DNA of 64,000 nucleotides from Neocallimastix sp. 'constans' (taxonomy: Eukaryota), in NCBI GenBank assembly GCA_050613775.1, contig JBODTK010000132.1, forward strand, positions 372,001-436,000. Reading direction: 5' to 3'. Of the stretch, positions 26,238-39,202 are shown piece by piece. The position numbers and the translations under genes are program-made. Below the pieces are notes generated by a model. That model was not told where the DNA came from. It was given only the letters and a program-made list of their open reading frames with translations, and did not search any database. Position 1 is the stretch's first letter, and each line of letters begins with the position of its first letter.

Positions 26238-28324
26238 GAATAATACAGAATGAACAAATAATACTAATTGTGCTAGAATAATATAAATTATTCTAACCTT
26301 ATAGATTATTCTATTCTATATAATTGGAACTTTCCAATATTCTTCAAATATTATTAAATAGAAATCTTAAGTTAATAAATCACTAATTAACTTATAATTC
26401 CTTTTTGAATTATCGATCCGATTCCATTATAATGTATTAAAAATCTTTAGCCAAGAATATTGTCCTTGCCCACTTAATATATTAATATTATATTTCTTTT
26501 GTATTATGTTATATTGAAAATAATCAAATCTATTTAATTAGTTATTAAAATTTTCGTTATCAATTTAAATTTATTTTTAATTACTAAATTTAACTAAACC
26601 ACAATAAAATATTCTGTATAATCTCTTTATTTTTATTTTATATATATTAGTATTAAACTATTATTAAATAATTAATAATTCAATAATATATAACTACTAT
26701 TTATAACAATAATATTATTAACTAAAATAATAATTCAATTTCAATTTAAATGTTTTATTTATAAAAATAATTAGTAATTAGTTTATTAAAAAAATAGTTA
26801 GGCTTTACAAATTTTAATTTGATAAAAAAATATAAATACATGTAATTTTAGTGAAATAAAATATAATGAATAACTTTCTTTTTATTAAATAAATAATTAT
26901 ATTATTATTTTTCTTTTATAAATTTAAATAAATAAATATTGATTTTAAAACAAATTATTTTTTTTTTATTGTAATTTTATTATTTGTGTTAATTATTATT
27001 ATATTCCTAAAATTATATGAACCATACCATGAAAATTTTATAATTAAATTATATATTTTTGATCAATAAAAAATGAAAAAAAAAGTCACATAACAAATAT
27101 TAGTGGACTTAAGATTGAAATTCACTAATAGATTAATTAAAATTAAATTTCGTTTTTGACAATTGTACTTTAAATTCCGTTTTTATTATAAAAATAAATA
27201 TTAGGAATTTTTAATAATTAGAAATAAAAGGGTTTGGACTAACTTATTAAAGTGGGATCGTTTATTTTATAATGTGGCGTATAATATTTTTAAAATAAAG
27301 CCATACATTTTTAATATATTCTATACAATCAAAATAAATATATAAATAATTATTATTTTAAAAGAAATAATAACATGTTTTTACAATTAAATATTAATAA
27401 ATAACTATTTCAAAAGAAATAATAATATATTCTACTAAAAAAGAATTATAAAAAATTATTTTTACAATTTAATATTAATAAATTATATATATAAAAAAAA
27501 GAATATTTATTATTTATTTAATTATTAAAAGCAAGCCACATTACGAAACTCACTTGATTCTATTAAAGTTAATTTAATTTAATTTAACCCTTAAGAAATT
27601 GATAAAAATGTCAAAGTTTTAAGATAATTTGGTCTTAACGATTAGGTCAAGATGCCAAATTATAGTAATTAATTAATAACTTAATTTTACTCTTATTTAA
27701 AACATATTGTTATTAGTAAATTTTATAATTAAATTTTTATTTAAAATATAAATTTTATTTAATCTTAATAATATTTTATTACATTATTATTTTATATAAT
27801 TATTACTATAATTTAAATTACAATAATCCTACAAAGGATTAATCAAAAGAATTTAAACATGTATTTATATAAAATAATTAATTATTAAAATATTAATTAT
27901 TAATATGAATATGTAAATAATATTAATATAAGTTTGATATTGATAATATAAAGTTAGATAATAATATAAATATTTAATATAAATAAAATATAAGAATTAA
28001 ATATTGCTAAATATTATAATTTATAATTAAAATATAATATGTAGAAATTAATTTAATATGACAATCACGTGTTTACATTATTTAATATATATTAAATTCA
28101 ATATGTTAATAATATTTAGTAATTAGTTGGCCTAGACTAATTCCTAAATATTTTAATAAAGTTAATTTAATAATAATTATTATTTATTAATATTGAAATT
28201 CAAATAACTGAATTATCGAAATTGAAATTGAATTGAAATTCAGTTATTATCTTAACAAAAAATAAATTGAAGAAAAAAGGCGATAACTCGACAAATAATT
28301 TATTTATATTATATATATGTTGTA

Positions 28325-28772
28325 GCCATGTTGGTCCAGTCGGTTAGGACGATACAGGTCACTGTAGAGGGCGGGGTTAGAATCCTCGGCATGGCACCAA
28401 ATAATCGGATGAGGTTTCTATCCTGGGATATCATGAGACCACACGTGATGTCCATAAGGCTTTCCCTCAAATGATTATTTCACCCATCCCTGATACTACG
28501 CTTTGAATTGAAGCATAGACCTTGATGATTGTAAAATTTCCAATCGCTAATGATTACACCCACTAGGGAGGAGTTAATGGTTCCGTTCTGATGCTCGTGG
28601 TCATTAGAGATATATGTAGGAACGTTAGGAATGCATCTCCGGGCAGTGTGTAACGACGATTGAGAGCGGCGAAGCTGATACAGTATGCCAATAACTCATC
28701 ACCTTACAGTTAATTAATAACTGTATGGCCATATGGGAGATGGGTACCCATATGTGCAAGTCTATTTTTTTT
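28325..28772 (+). mobile_element. tRNA-derived SINE
   Basis: tRNA-like head 28325-28399 with A box TGGTCCAGTCGG and B box GGTTAGAATCC, GC-richer non-coding body, T tail. Flanked by the direct repeat ATATATATGTTGTA (28311-28324 and 28775-28788; 16 bp if the leading TT is counted). Confidence 0.88.
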
Positions 28773-30390
28773 TTATATATATGTTGTAAGCATATATATA
28801 TTAATTTCCTATTTTTCAGTTATATAATTATTTATATAGTTATAAATTTAATTTATTTAGTTATGTTGAATATTTTAAGCATATCTAGAGTTTCATTATT
28901 GTTTTAATACTTTATTAACACTAATATCTTACTAGGTCGAAATATCTATATGCTATATAAATCTATATATATATAAAGGATATATTAAAAAAATTTTAAT
29001 ATCAAATTTAAATAATTTAATTTGATACTAAAAATTTATTTATAATTAACATTAATAATTATAATTATTCAATTAGTTTGATTTAAAATAATTTCTTCTA
29101 TTTTATAAAAATAAAAATATCTATTAAATATTACAATTAAGATAATTTTATAATAATCTTACAAAGAACATAAAAGATAATTTTTTATATCTTTCTTTTA
29201 CACTTTATAAGTTGCATAATAAAGTTGCATAATAATAGATTTAATTTTTAAGATTTTAATAATTAAGTTTTTTTTCAATAAAAAATACTACTTTATTTTC
29301 GTATTAAAAACATATCATATAATTAAAATCTTAACAAAAAGATCAAAAAATAATCCTCATTAGCTATAATTTAATTTTATTAATAAATATTAAATAATTT
29401 GGAAAAGATAACAATTTTTTACTTTAAAATCATAAAAGGACAAATTGAGTCAAACGTTAGATGATTAAATTTTAAAATTTAATAACATTTAATCTTAAAA
29501 TATATAAATCTATCAAACACTCAAAACTAATTTTTGAAAATATTGTTTTTTTTAAAATGTTATTATTTGATTTCTTGGTATAAAATGTAAAATTTTAGTA
29601 GTTTTACCATTTTTCAGAAATTTCTGGTTTATCAAAAAATTCAATTTTATTAATTTTAAAATTGTTTTTTCTAGATTTATTTTTAACAAATTTATTGAAT
29701 CAGAAAATAATTTCTTTAATAATAATAACAAAAAATAATTTTTAATCATTAGGTTTAATTAAAAAATTATTAAATATTAATTATAAATAATTTATTATAT
29801 TGTTTTATTATTTTAGAAAGTATTTTTTAATAATTATATAAAAAGATATAAATTTAACACATATTTAATTAATAAATATTAAAGCATTAATAGCTATTAT
29901 AAACTTCGAATCATTTAAATAATCAAAATTATTTTTATTTTTGATATTTAATAAAAATATATTAAATTTAATGATTTCAAATCATGAAAAATTAGTTTTA
30001 AAATCACATTATTATCAAAATGTAAGATTAAAATTAATAATTATACATGAATAAAACATGCTTCAATGTATATATTATTATATATATTAAATTCAAAATA
30101 ATTGTTGAAATTATTTGATTAGAATAATAATATTTAAACTGATTGAAAATAATGAAAAATAAGTTTATTAAATTTATTACAATTTTATACATAAAATTTT
30201 TAATGATTTTTTATATATCAAAAATATTCAGCTCAGATTAAAGTATAATTAAAGTATAATATATTATTTAAATTAATAGAAATATAAAATATAATAATTA
30301 GAGAATAATAATAATAATTAATTAATTTTTATATTTATATTTTTATTTTTTTTATTATAGTAATGACGTTTTGAAATATAATTTCAATAA

Positions 30391-30434
<44 letters not shown>

Positions 30435-30725
30435 TTATTTATTTATTAATTTTATTATAATTTTGAATTAGTATATTTATATTGAATTTGATAGGTGATA
30501 GTAATTTATATTAAAAATTAAGATTTCAAAGTAATATTTGCATTTATTTACATAACTATAATAATATATTAATATATTTAATTAATGTTTAATTTAATAT
30601 ATTCCTATTTTATTAATGTATTATAATAATATAATAATGGTATAATTTAATTTATATAGATATATAGATATTTCATTTTTTTTTTTATTTATAACATTTA
30701 AAATATAATATTATTAATATTTTAT

Positions 30726-32927
30726 TTAAAGAGTTTCATGAAAAGTTCTTGCAATGACTTCTCTTTGTTGACTTGGTGATAAACGAATAAAATGAACTGC
30801 ATATCCTGAAACACGAATAGTTAAATTTGGATAATTTTCAGGATGAATCATGGCATCTTCTAATGTTTCACGAACTAATACATTCACATTTAAATGGAAT
30901 CCTCCTTGTGAAAAGTATCCATCTAATAATCCAGTAAGATTACAAACTCGTTCATTATCAAGTTTACCAAATACACTTGGAACAATCGTGAAAGTATTAG
31001 AAATTCCATCTTTACAATATTCATATTCAACTTTACTAACTGAATTAAGAGAAGCAACTGCTCCATTAGTTTCACGTCCATGCATTGGATTACATCCTGG
31101 TGCAAATGCCTCTCCTGCTTTACGTCCATCCGGTGTAGATCCTGTTTTCTTTCCATAAACAACATTAGAAGTAATTGTTAAAATAGATAAAGTATGTTCT
31201 GCTCCTCTATATGCGGGATATTTCTTTAATTTGGAAAGGAAAATTTTTGGAATTTCAATTGCAAAACGATCAACACGATCATCATCATTTCCAAATTTTG
31301 GGAATTCTCCTTCAATTTTGAAATCGGTTGTTAAATTGGTTTCAGGATTACGGATTGGGAAAACTTTAGCATATTTAATGGCAGAGAAAGAATCAACAAT
31401 AACTGAAAAACCAGCAATTCCAAATGCCATATAACGATGAACATTGGTATCATGAAGTGCCATTTGAATGGCTTCATAACAATATTTATCATGAGAATAA
31501 TGAATAACATTCATGGTATTAACATAGAGACAAGCAATCCAATCCATGGCTTTATCATATATTTCCCATGCTGATTCGAAATTAACGGATCCATCTTCAT
31601 TTAATTGAATATCTCCAAAATCTGGTCCAACTTGTTTTTCAGTTCTTTCATCGTATCCATGATTGAAAGCATAAAGTAAAAGTTTAGCTAAATTACAACG
31701 AGCTCCAAAGAATTGCATATCTTTTCCAATTCTCATTTGAGAAACACAACAAGCAATAGCATAATCATCTCCAAACATGGTATTCATAAGATTATCATTT
31801 TCATATTGAATAGAAGAAGTATCAATTGATATTTTATTACAGAAATTCTTGAATCCAAGTGGGAGCTTATTATTCCAAAGAACTGTAATATTTGGTTCTG
31901 GAGCAGCACCAAGAGTTCTAAGAGTGTTAACAATACGATAAGAAGTTTTAGTAACTAAAGGTCTTCCATCATTATTCATTCCTCCAACAACCATTGTAAC
32001 CCATGTTGGATCTCCAGCAAATAATTCATTATATTCTGGAGTACGTAAATGACGAACTAATCTAAGTTTAATAATTAATTGATCAATTAAATCTTGAGCA
32101 TCAGCTTCAGTTAAAATTCCATTTTTCATATCATTTTCAATATAGACATCAAAGAAACAATCAACACGACCGAAAGACATAGCAGCTCCATCTTGATCTT
32201 TAACACTAGCAAGATAGCCAAAATAAGTCCATTGAATGGCTTCTTTAGCATTTGTAGCTGGTTTAGAAATATCATATCCATATCTTTGAGCAAATGCTTT
32301 TAATTCATTAAGAGCTTTGATTTGTTCAGCAAGTTCTTCTCTTACACTCATGTTTTCTTCAGTCATGGTGATTCCAAGAGATAGTTTATCTTGTATCTTC
32401 CATTCAATTAATTGATCAACGCCATATAAAGCAATACGTCTGTAATCACCAATAATTCTTCCACGACCATAACCATCAGGTAAACCTGTAAGAATTGCAT
32501 TTGTTCTTGCTTTTCTCATTTCTGGAGTATAGAGATCGAAGACACAATCATTATGGGTTTTACGATATTTGAAAATTTCTTCAACTTCAGGATCGAGTGA
32601 ACGATTGTAAGCCTTTAAAGCATTCTTAACAACACGAACACCACCGAATGGTTTAATAGAACGCTTAAGAGGAGCATCAGTTTGTAAACCAACGATATCT
32701 TCATTTTCTTTGATAATATAACCAGGTTCATGAGCATTAACAGTAGAAATTGTTTTATTATCCACATCAAGACAGCCATTACTTTTAATTTCTTCAACTC
32801 GAAGTTCACAACATTTCTTCCAAACTTCTTTAGTTTTTATAGAAGCTTCAGTAACTAAGAAAGAAGCATCACCTTCATAAGGAGTATAATTTTCTTTAAT
32901 CCACTTTGCAGTATCAATAACTTTCAT
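30726..32927 (-). CDS. pfl: Pyruvate formate-lyase (formate C-acetyltransferase), copy A
   Basis: 733 aa, intronless; [17 protein letters not shown], catalytic IACCVS and glycyl-radical loop IRVSGYAV. Confidence 0.96.
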   Translation of the reverse strand: MKVIDTAKWIKENYTPYEGDASFLVTEASIKTKEVWKKCCELRVEEIKSNGCLDVDNKTISTVNAHEPGYIIKENEDIVGLQTDAPLKRSIKPFGGVRVVKNALKAYNRSLDPEVEEIFKYRKTHNDCVFDLYTPEMRKARTNAILTGLPDGYGRGRIIGDYRRIALYGVDQLIEWKIQDKLSLGITMTEENMSVREELAEQIKALNELKAFAQRYGYDISKPATNAKEAIQWTYFGYLASVKDQDGAAMSFGRVDCFFDVYIENDMKNGILTEADAQDLIDQLIIKLRLVRHLRTPEYNELFAGDPTWVTMVVGGMNNDGRPLVTKTSYRIVNTLRTLGAAPEPNITVLWNNKLPLGFKNFCNKISIDTSSIQYENDNLMNTMFGDDYAIACCVSQMRIGKDMQFFGARCNLAKLLLYAFNHGYDERTEKQVGPDFGDIQLNEDGSVNFESAWEIYDKAMDWIACLYVNTMNVIHYSHDKYCYEAIQMALHDTNVHRYMAFGIAGFSVIVDSFSAIKYAKVFPIRNPETNLTTDFKIEGEFPKFGNDDDRVDRFAIEIPKIFLSKLKKYPAYRGAEHTLSILTITSNVVYGKKTGSTPDGRKAGEAFAPGCNPMHGRETNGAVASLNSVSKVEYEYCKDGISNTFTIVPSVFGKLDNERVCNLTGLLDGYFSQGGFHLNVNVLVRETLEDAMIHPENYPNLTIRVSGYAVHFIRLSPSQQREVIARTFHETL

Positions 32928-34663
32928 CTTGATTTTTTTTTTTTTTTTTTTTATTTATTTTAATTTTAAACTTTGAAATATTTTTTATATATTATTTTTA
33001 TTTATTTATATATATTTTTTTGATAAAAATAATTATTAAATTTATTGATTTAAATTTATAATATTTGCTTAATATAATTTTTTTTTATTTAATAATATTG
33101 TGTTGGTATATTTTTATTTCTTCTTAAAAGAAAAGAAATTTAAAATGTAATAATGAAATTTTATATATATTAACTTTTAATTTATTCTTATGCTATTAAG
33201 AAATTTATATAAAATTTTTTTTGAAAAAAATTTGATATTTATATTTTTTTTTTTTTTATTAATAAACTTTATTTTATATAATTCTATTTTATAGGTATTT
33301 TATCCATCCAAGATTAAAGAAAATTTTCGTAATTATTTACGTTTTTAATTACGAAAATTTATTATTATTAATTTTATAGTAATTATTCACTAAATCTATT
33401 AAAAATTAATATCTATAAATATATTTTATTAAATTATAATATATAAAATTTATATTAAAATTTAGGATTCAATAATTAATAATTTTATTTATTTTCTTAT
33501 AATTTATAATTTTTTTTTAATATAATTTTTTTTTAATATATTTATTTTATAATATAAACAATTATTATTAATAAAAATAAACCGAAAAATTTTCATAAAT
33601 ATTAATAATCTATTAAAGTCTATTTATTATTAATATAAAAATAAACATAAATTGGAAAAATAATATTAATATTATAATATAATAAATAAAAATGGAATAA
33701 TAATTTATAAAGGATTAATAATATTTTGTTTTTAAATATTTAATAATAGATTATTAATTAATAAACTTAAGAATAATAATCAATATATAAAAAAATACAA
33801 TATATTATTATTAATGAAATAATGATTTAATATAATTTATTTCAATATTTCTTTTATTTTTTTTTTTTTTTATTTTTTATTTTTTTTTTAAATGTCCAAA
33901 AAAACTTTATTTTTATATTTTAAAATAAATATTAACTTTTTTTTTTTTTTTTTAATTATTCATTGCTTAACATTAATTTTTAATAATAAAAAAAATTATA
34001 ATCAATACACTAATGTTTAAATAACATATTACTATCTAAGCAATTATTTATATAATATTAATTTAATTATTAAAATTTACAATAATATGTTATGAATAAT
34101 TCAATATTATATTTAAAATTATAATTAAATATAATATTGAATTTATATTTTTAAGATTATAATTAAAAAAATAAAAATAAAAATAAAAAAATAAAGGAAA
34201 TCCTTGAACATAATTAATTTTATTTAAAATAAAATAATATAAATATTTAATATAAAAAAATTATTATAAATTATTTTTTTAAAAAAGATAATAACCAAAA
34301 TTGAACTTACTCTTCGAATATAATAAAAAGACTTTGACATAAATAATAATTACTTTTTTTAATACAAGGGATTATCATAAATAAAGTTTATATTAAAATT
34401 CTTCCTTGAGAAAGATTAGTAAAAATAATATATCTAATCTTGTAGATGCTGCATATTTATAATATTTTATTAGATATTTTTTGTAATATGAGTACAATTA
34501 AAATCATTATTCTATAAAATTATCAATAATCTTTATTATAATATTTCTTCTTTTTACTTATTTATTTATATTATATCAATTAATTTCAAATAATAAAATA
34601 ACTATCATGTTTTTATAGTATTACAAAAATTATAAGTATTATTAGATAACTATTTTTTTAATT

Positions 34664-34711
<48 letters not shown>

Positions 34712-35454
34712 ATTAAAGTTTTTTTTTAATAGATATATAACATTTTTTAATTTAATTTTATATTTATAATGAATTAACTTTTGATGGATTATTAATATTT
34801 ATGAAATTTTTTCGGTTTACTTCCATAAATTATAATAGTTTTACAAAAAAAATAATAATTTCGTTTATATTATAAAATAAATATATTAAAAAACTATTTT
34901 CGTTTAGATTATTTATTAAAATTTTAAAAAAAAAAATTTATATATTATAATTTAATAAAATATATTTATAGATATTAATTTTTAATAGATTTAGTGAATA
35001 ATTACTATAAAATTAATAATAATAAAATTTCGTAATTAAAAACGTAAATAATTACGAAAATTTTCTTTAATCTTGGATGGATAAAATACCTATAAAATAG
35101 AATTATATAAAATAAAGTTTATTAATAAAAAAAAAAAAAAAATATAAATATCAAATTTTTTTCAAAAAAAATTTTATATAAATTTCTTAATAGCATAAGA
35201 ATAAATTAAAAGTTAATATATATAAAATTTCATTATTACATTTTAAATTTCTTTTCTTTTAAGAAGAAATAAAAATATACCAACACAATATTATTAAATA
35301 AAAAAAATTATATTAAATAAATATTATAAATTTAAATCAATAAATTTAATAATTATTACTATTTAAATAATATATATATAAATAAAAATAATATATAAAA
35401 AATATTTCAAAGTTTAAAATTAAAATAAATAAATAAAAAAAAAAAAAAATCAAG

Positions 35455-37656
35455 ATGAAAGTAATTGATACTGCAAAGTGGATTAAAGAAAATTATACTC
35501 CTTATGAAGGTGATGCTTCTTTCTTAGTTACTGAAGCTTCTAAAAAAACTAAAGAAGTTTGGAAGAAATGTTGTGAACTTCGAGTTGAAGAAATTAAAAG
35601 TAATGGCTGTCTTGATGTGGATAATAAAACAATTTCTACTGTTAATGCTCATGAACCTGGTTATATTATCAAAGAAAATGAAGATATCGTTGGTTTACAA
35701 ACTGATGCTCCTCTTAAGCGTTCTATTAAACCATTCGGTGGTGTTCGTGTTGTTAAGAATGCTTTAAAGGCTTACAATCGTTCACTCGATCCTGAAGTTG
35801 AAGAAATTTTCAAATATCGTAAAACCCATAATGATTGTGTCTTCGATCTCTATACTCCAGAAATGAGAAAAGCAAGAACAAATGCAATTCTTACAGGTTT
35901 ACCTGATGGTTATGGTCGTGGAAGAATTATTGGTGATTACAGACGTATTGCTTTATATGGCGTTGATCAATTAATTGAATGGAAGATACAAGATAAACTA
36001 TCTCTTGGAATCACCATGACTGAAGAAAACATGAGTGTAAGAGAAGAACTTGCTGAACAAATCAAAGCTCTTAATGAATTAAAAGCATTTGCTCAAAGAT
36101 ATGGATATGATATTTCTAAACCAGCTACAAATGCTAAAGAAGCCATTCAATGGACTTATTTTGGCTATCTTGCTAGTGTTAAAGATCAAGATGGAGCTGC
36201 TATGTCTTTCGGTCGTGTTGATTGTTTCTTTGATGTCTATATTGAAAATGATATGAAAAATGGAATTTTAACTGAAGCTGATGCTCAAGATTTAATTGAT
36301 CAATTAATTATTAAACTTAGATTAGTTCGTCATTTACGTACTCCAGAATATAATGAATTATTTGCTGGAGATCCAACATGGGTTACAATGGTTGTTGGAG
36401 GAATGAATAATGATGGAAGACCTTTAGTTACTAAAACTTCTTATCGTATTGTTAACACTCTTAGAACTCTTGGTGCTGCTCCAGAACCAAATATTACAGT
36501 TCTTTGGAATAATAAGCTCCCACTTGGATTCAAGAATTTCTGTAATAAAATATCAATTGATACTTCTTCTATTCAATATGAAAATGATAATCTTATGAAT
36601 ACCATGTTTGGAGATGATTATGCTATTGCTTGTTGTGTTTCTCAAATGAGAATTGGAAAAGATATGCAATTCTTTGGAGCTCGTTGTAATTTAGCTAAAC
36701 TTTTACTTTATGCTTTCAATCATGGATACGATGAAAGAACTGAAAAACAAGTTGGACCAGATTTTGGAGATATTCAATTAAATGAAGATGGATCCGTTAA
36801 TTTCGAATCAGCATGGGAAATATATGATAAAGCCATGGATTGGATTGCTTGTCTCTATGTTAATACTATGAATGTTATTCATTATTCTCATGATAAATAT
36901 TGTTATGAAGCCATTCAAATGGCACTTCATGATACCAATGTTCATCGTTATATGGCATTTGGAATTGCCGGTTTTTCAGTTATTGTTGATTCTTTCTCTG
37001 CCATTAAATATGCTAAAGTTTTCCCAATCCGTAATCCTGAAACCAATTTAACAACCGATTTCAAAATTGAAGGAGAATTCCCAAAATTTGGAAATGATGA
37101 TGATCGTGTTGATCGTTTTGCAATTGAAATTCCAAAAATTTTCCTTTCCAAATTAAAGAAATATCCAGCATATAGAGGAGCAGAACATACTTTATCTATT
37201 TTAACAATTACTTCTAATGTTGTTTATGGAAAGAAAACAGGATCTACACCGGATGGACGTAAAGCAGGAGAGGCATTTGCACCAGGATGTAATCCAATGC
37301 ATGGACGTGAAACTAATGGAGCAGTTGCTTCTCTTAATTCAGTTAGTAAAGTTGAATATGAATATTGTAAAGATGGAATTTCTAATACTTTCACGTTTGT
37401 TCCAAGTGTATTAGGTAAACTTGATAATGAACGAGTTTGTAATCTTACTGGATTATTAGATGGATACTTTTCACAAGGAGGATTCCATTTAAATGTGAAT
37501 GTATTAGTTCGTGAAACATTAGAAGATGCCATGATTCATCCTGAAAATTATCCAAATTTAACTATTCGTGTTTCAGGATATGCAGTTCATTTTATTCGTT
37601 TATCACCAAGTCAACAAAGAGAAGTCATTGCAAGAACTTTTCATGAAACTCTTTAA
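35455..37656 (+). CDS. pfl: Pyruvate formate-lyase, copy B
   Basis: 733 aa; differs from copy A at three residues (ASIK vs [13 protein letters not shown] vs FTFVPSVLG). Confidence 0.96.
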   Translation: MKVIDTAKWIKENYTPYEGDASFLVTEASKKTKEVWKKCCELRVEEIKSNGCLDVDNKTISTVNAHEPGYIIKENEDIVGLQTDAPLKRSIKPFGGVRVVKNALKAYNRSLDPEVEEIFKYRKTHNDCVFDLYTPEMRKARTNAILTGLPDGYGRGRIIGDYRRIALYGVDQLIEWKIQDKLSLGITMTEENMSVREELAEQIKALNELKAFAQRYGYDISKPATNAKEAIQWTYFGYLASVKDQDGAAMSFGRVDCFFDVYIENDMKNGILTEADAQDLIDQLIIKLRLVRHLRTPEYNELFAGDPTWVTMVVGGMNNDGRPLVTKTSYRIVNTLRTLGAAPEPNITVLWNNKLPLGFKNFCNKISIDTSSIQYENDNLMNTMFGDDYAIACCVSQMRIGKDMQFFGARCNLAKLLLYAFNHGYDERTEKQVGPDFGDIQLNEDGSVNFESAWEIYDKAMDWIACLYVNTMNVIHYSHDKYCYEAIQMALHDTNVHRYMAFGIAGFSVIVDSFSAIKYAKVFPIRNPETNLTTDFKIEGEFPKFGNDDDRVDRFAIEIPKIFLSKLKKYPAYRGAEHTLSILTITSNVVYGKKTGSTPDGRKAGEAFAPGCNPMHGRETNGAVASLNSVSKVEYEYCKDGISNTFTFVPSVLGKLDNERVCNLTGLLDGYFSQGGFHLNVNVLVRETLEDAMIHPENYPNLTIRVSGYAVHFIRLSPSQQREVIARTFHETL

Positions 37657-38336
37657 ATAAAATATTAATAATATTATATTTTAAATGTTATAAATAAAAA
37701 AAAATGAAATATCTATATATCTATATAAATTAAATTATACCATTATTATATTATTATAATACATTAATAAAATAGGAATATGTTAAACATTAATTAAATA
37801 TATTATTATATTATTATAGTTATGTAAATAAATGCAAATATTAATTTTACTTTATAAATTTTTTTTTTAATATAAATTACTATCATCTATCAAATTCAAT
37901 ATAATTATAATAAAATTAATAAATAAATTGAAAAATAAATTACAATATATGTACTTTATTTTATTACATTTTAAAATATTATAATAATTTCATTAAAAAT
38001 ATCTTTTTTTATATAATATATATAATTCTAAAATTTAATATCAATAAAATTTATTTAATATTAATTTTTTTTTCTTTTATAAATATAGAAGATATATATA
38101 TATATACATATATATATATATTTTTTTTATTAAAAATTTTGTATTAATTTATAAATCCTATTTGTAAATTACTATTAAATATTAATTAGCAACTCAATTA
38201 ATTACCTCATATTTTCTATAAAATAATTAAGAATATTATATATATAATTTTAAAAAAAAAATCATTTTATATAAATTTATATATATGTTCACGATTAATA
38301 TAAAAAATCATTTTTTTTAATATGATTTTAATAATT

Positions 38337-38370
<34 letters not shown>

Positions 38371-38538
38371 TTTTTTTGCTGTTTCTTTAGTACATCCATA
38401 ATAAAAAAGAATGAATAACCATATAAATTTACTATTAAATTTTTTTTTTTTTTTGTATTTGTACAAAAGTCAAAATTTTTCTTTACTATTTTTTAAAGAT
38501 AAATTTATAAGAAATTATTATTTTTTGGTTTATTAGCA

Positions 38539-38585
<47 letters not shown>

Positions 38586-38686
38586 ATAATAATAAATATT
38601 AACAATAATAAAAAATAATTATTATTATTAAATAAATAATAACTAAAATTAAACTTACTATTATTATATTATTGCCATATTATTAC

Positions 38687-38741
<55 letters not shown>

Positions 38742-38992
38742 TAAAAATTTATTTTTACATTTATTTTTTCTTAATTCATATTTACACAGTAAAACATTTT
38801 TTTTTAAAAGTAATGTATTTAATAAAAATTTATAGGTATAAAAATATTATCGCTATTAAATATTAGAATATTTTATTATATTAAAAATACTTTTTAAAAT
38901 GTTTTGAAAATATGAGATAGATTAACTATTGTTTCATGCTTCTTTTTTTTTTTTTTTTTTTTTTTATTATTTATTTATTTTTTTAAAGTATT

Positions 38993-39136
38993 TTAATCAC
39001 TTTGTTTAGCGTCTTTTCTAATACAGCCGGTAATATCAGTAAGTACTTTTGGACATTCAACTTCAGCGAATTTCATTTTTGGATTATCTTTAATGAATAA
39101 TTTAATTAAATGTGAATAAATTAATATCAATATCAA

Positions 39137-39202
<66 letters not shown>

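Larger units (their letters stand above)
30435..37928. repeat. Inverted segmental duplication (arms about 30435-33620 and 34780-37928) carrying the PFL genes
   Basis: CDSs and both flanks are reverse complements around a non-matching spacer of about 1.1 kb; outer boundaries approximate. Confidence 0.9.

Noticed and set aside
20235..27860. Possible older LTR starting TGTTTGAATA at 20235, interrupted by the gypsy element and ending near TTTAAACA at about 27859
   Set aside because: Only short AT-rich terminal similarity and an imperfect TSD (CGTAT/TGTAT); no second copy to confirm.
28325..28399. Functional tRNA-Asp gene
   Set aside because: 4-nt anticodon loop, altered T loop, no adjacent terminator, and it lies inside a TSD-bounded element.
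34880..34910. TCGTTTAG resembling the yeast AR1 anaerobic response element
   Set aside because: Single short match in a distant lineage and not seen in the other PFL arm.
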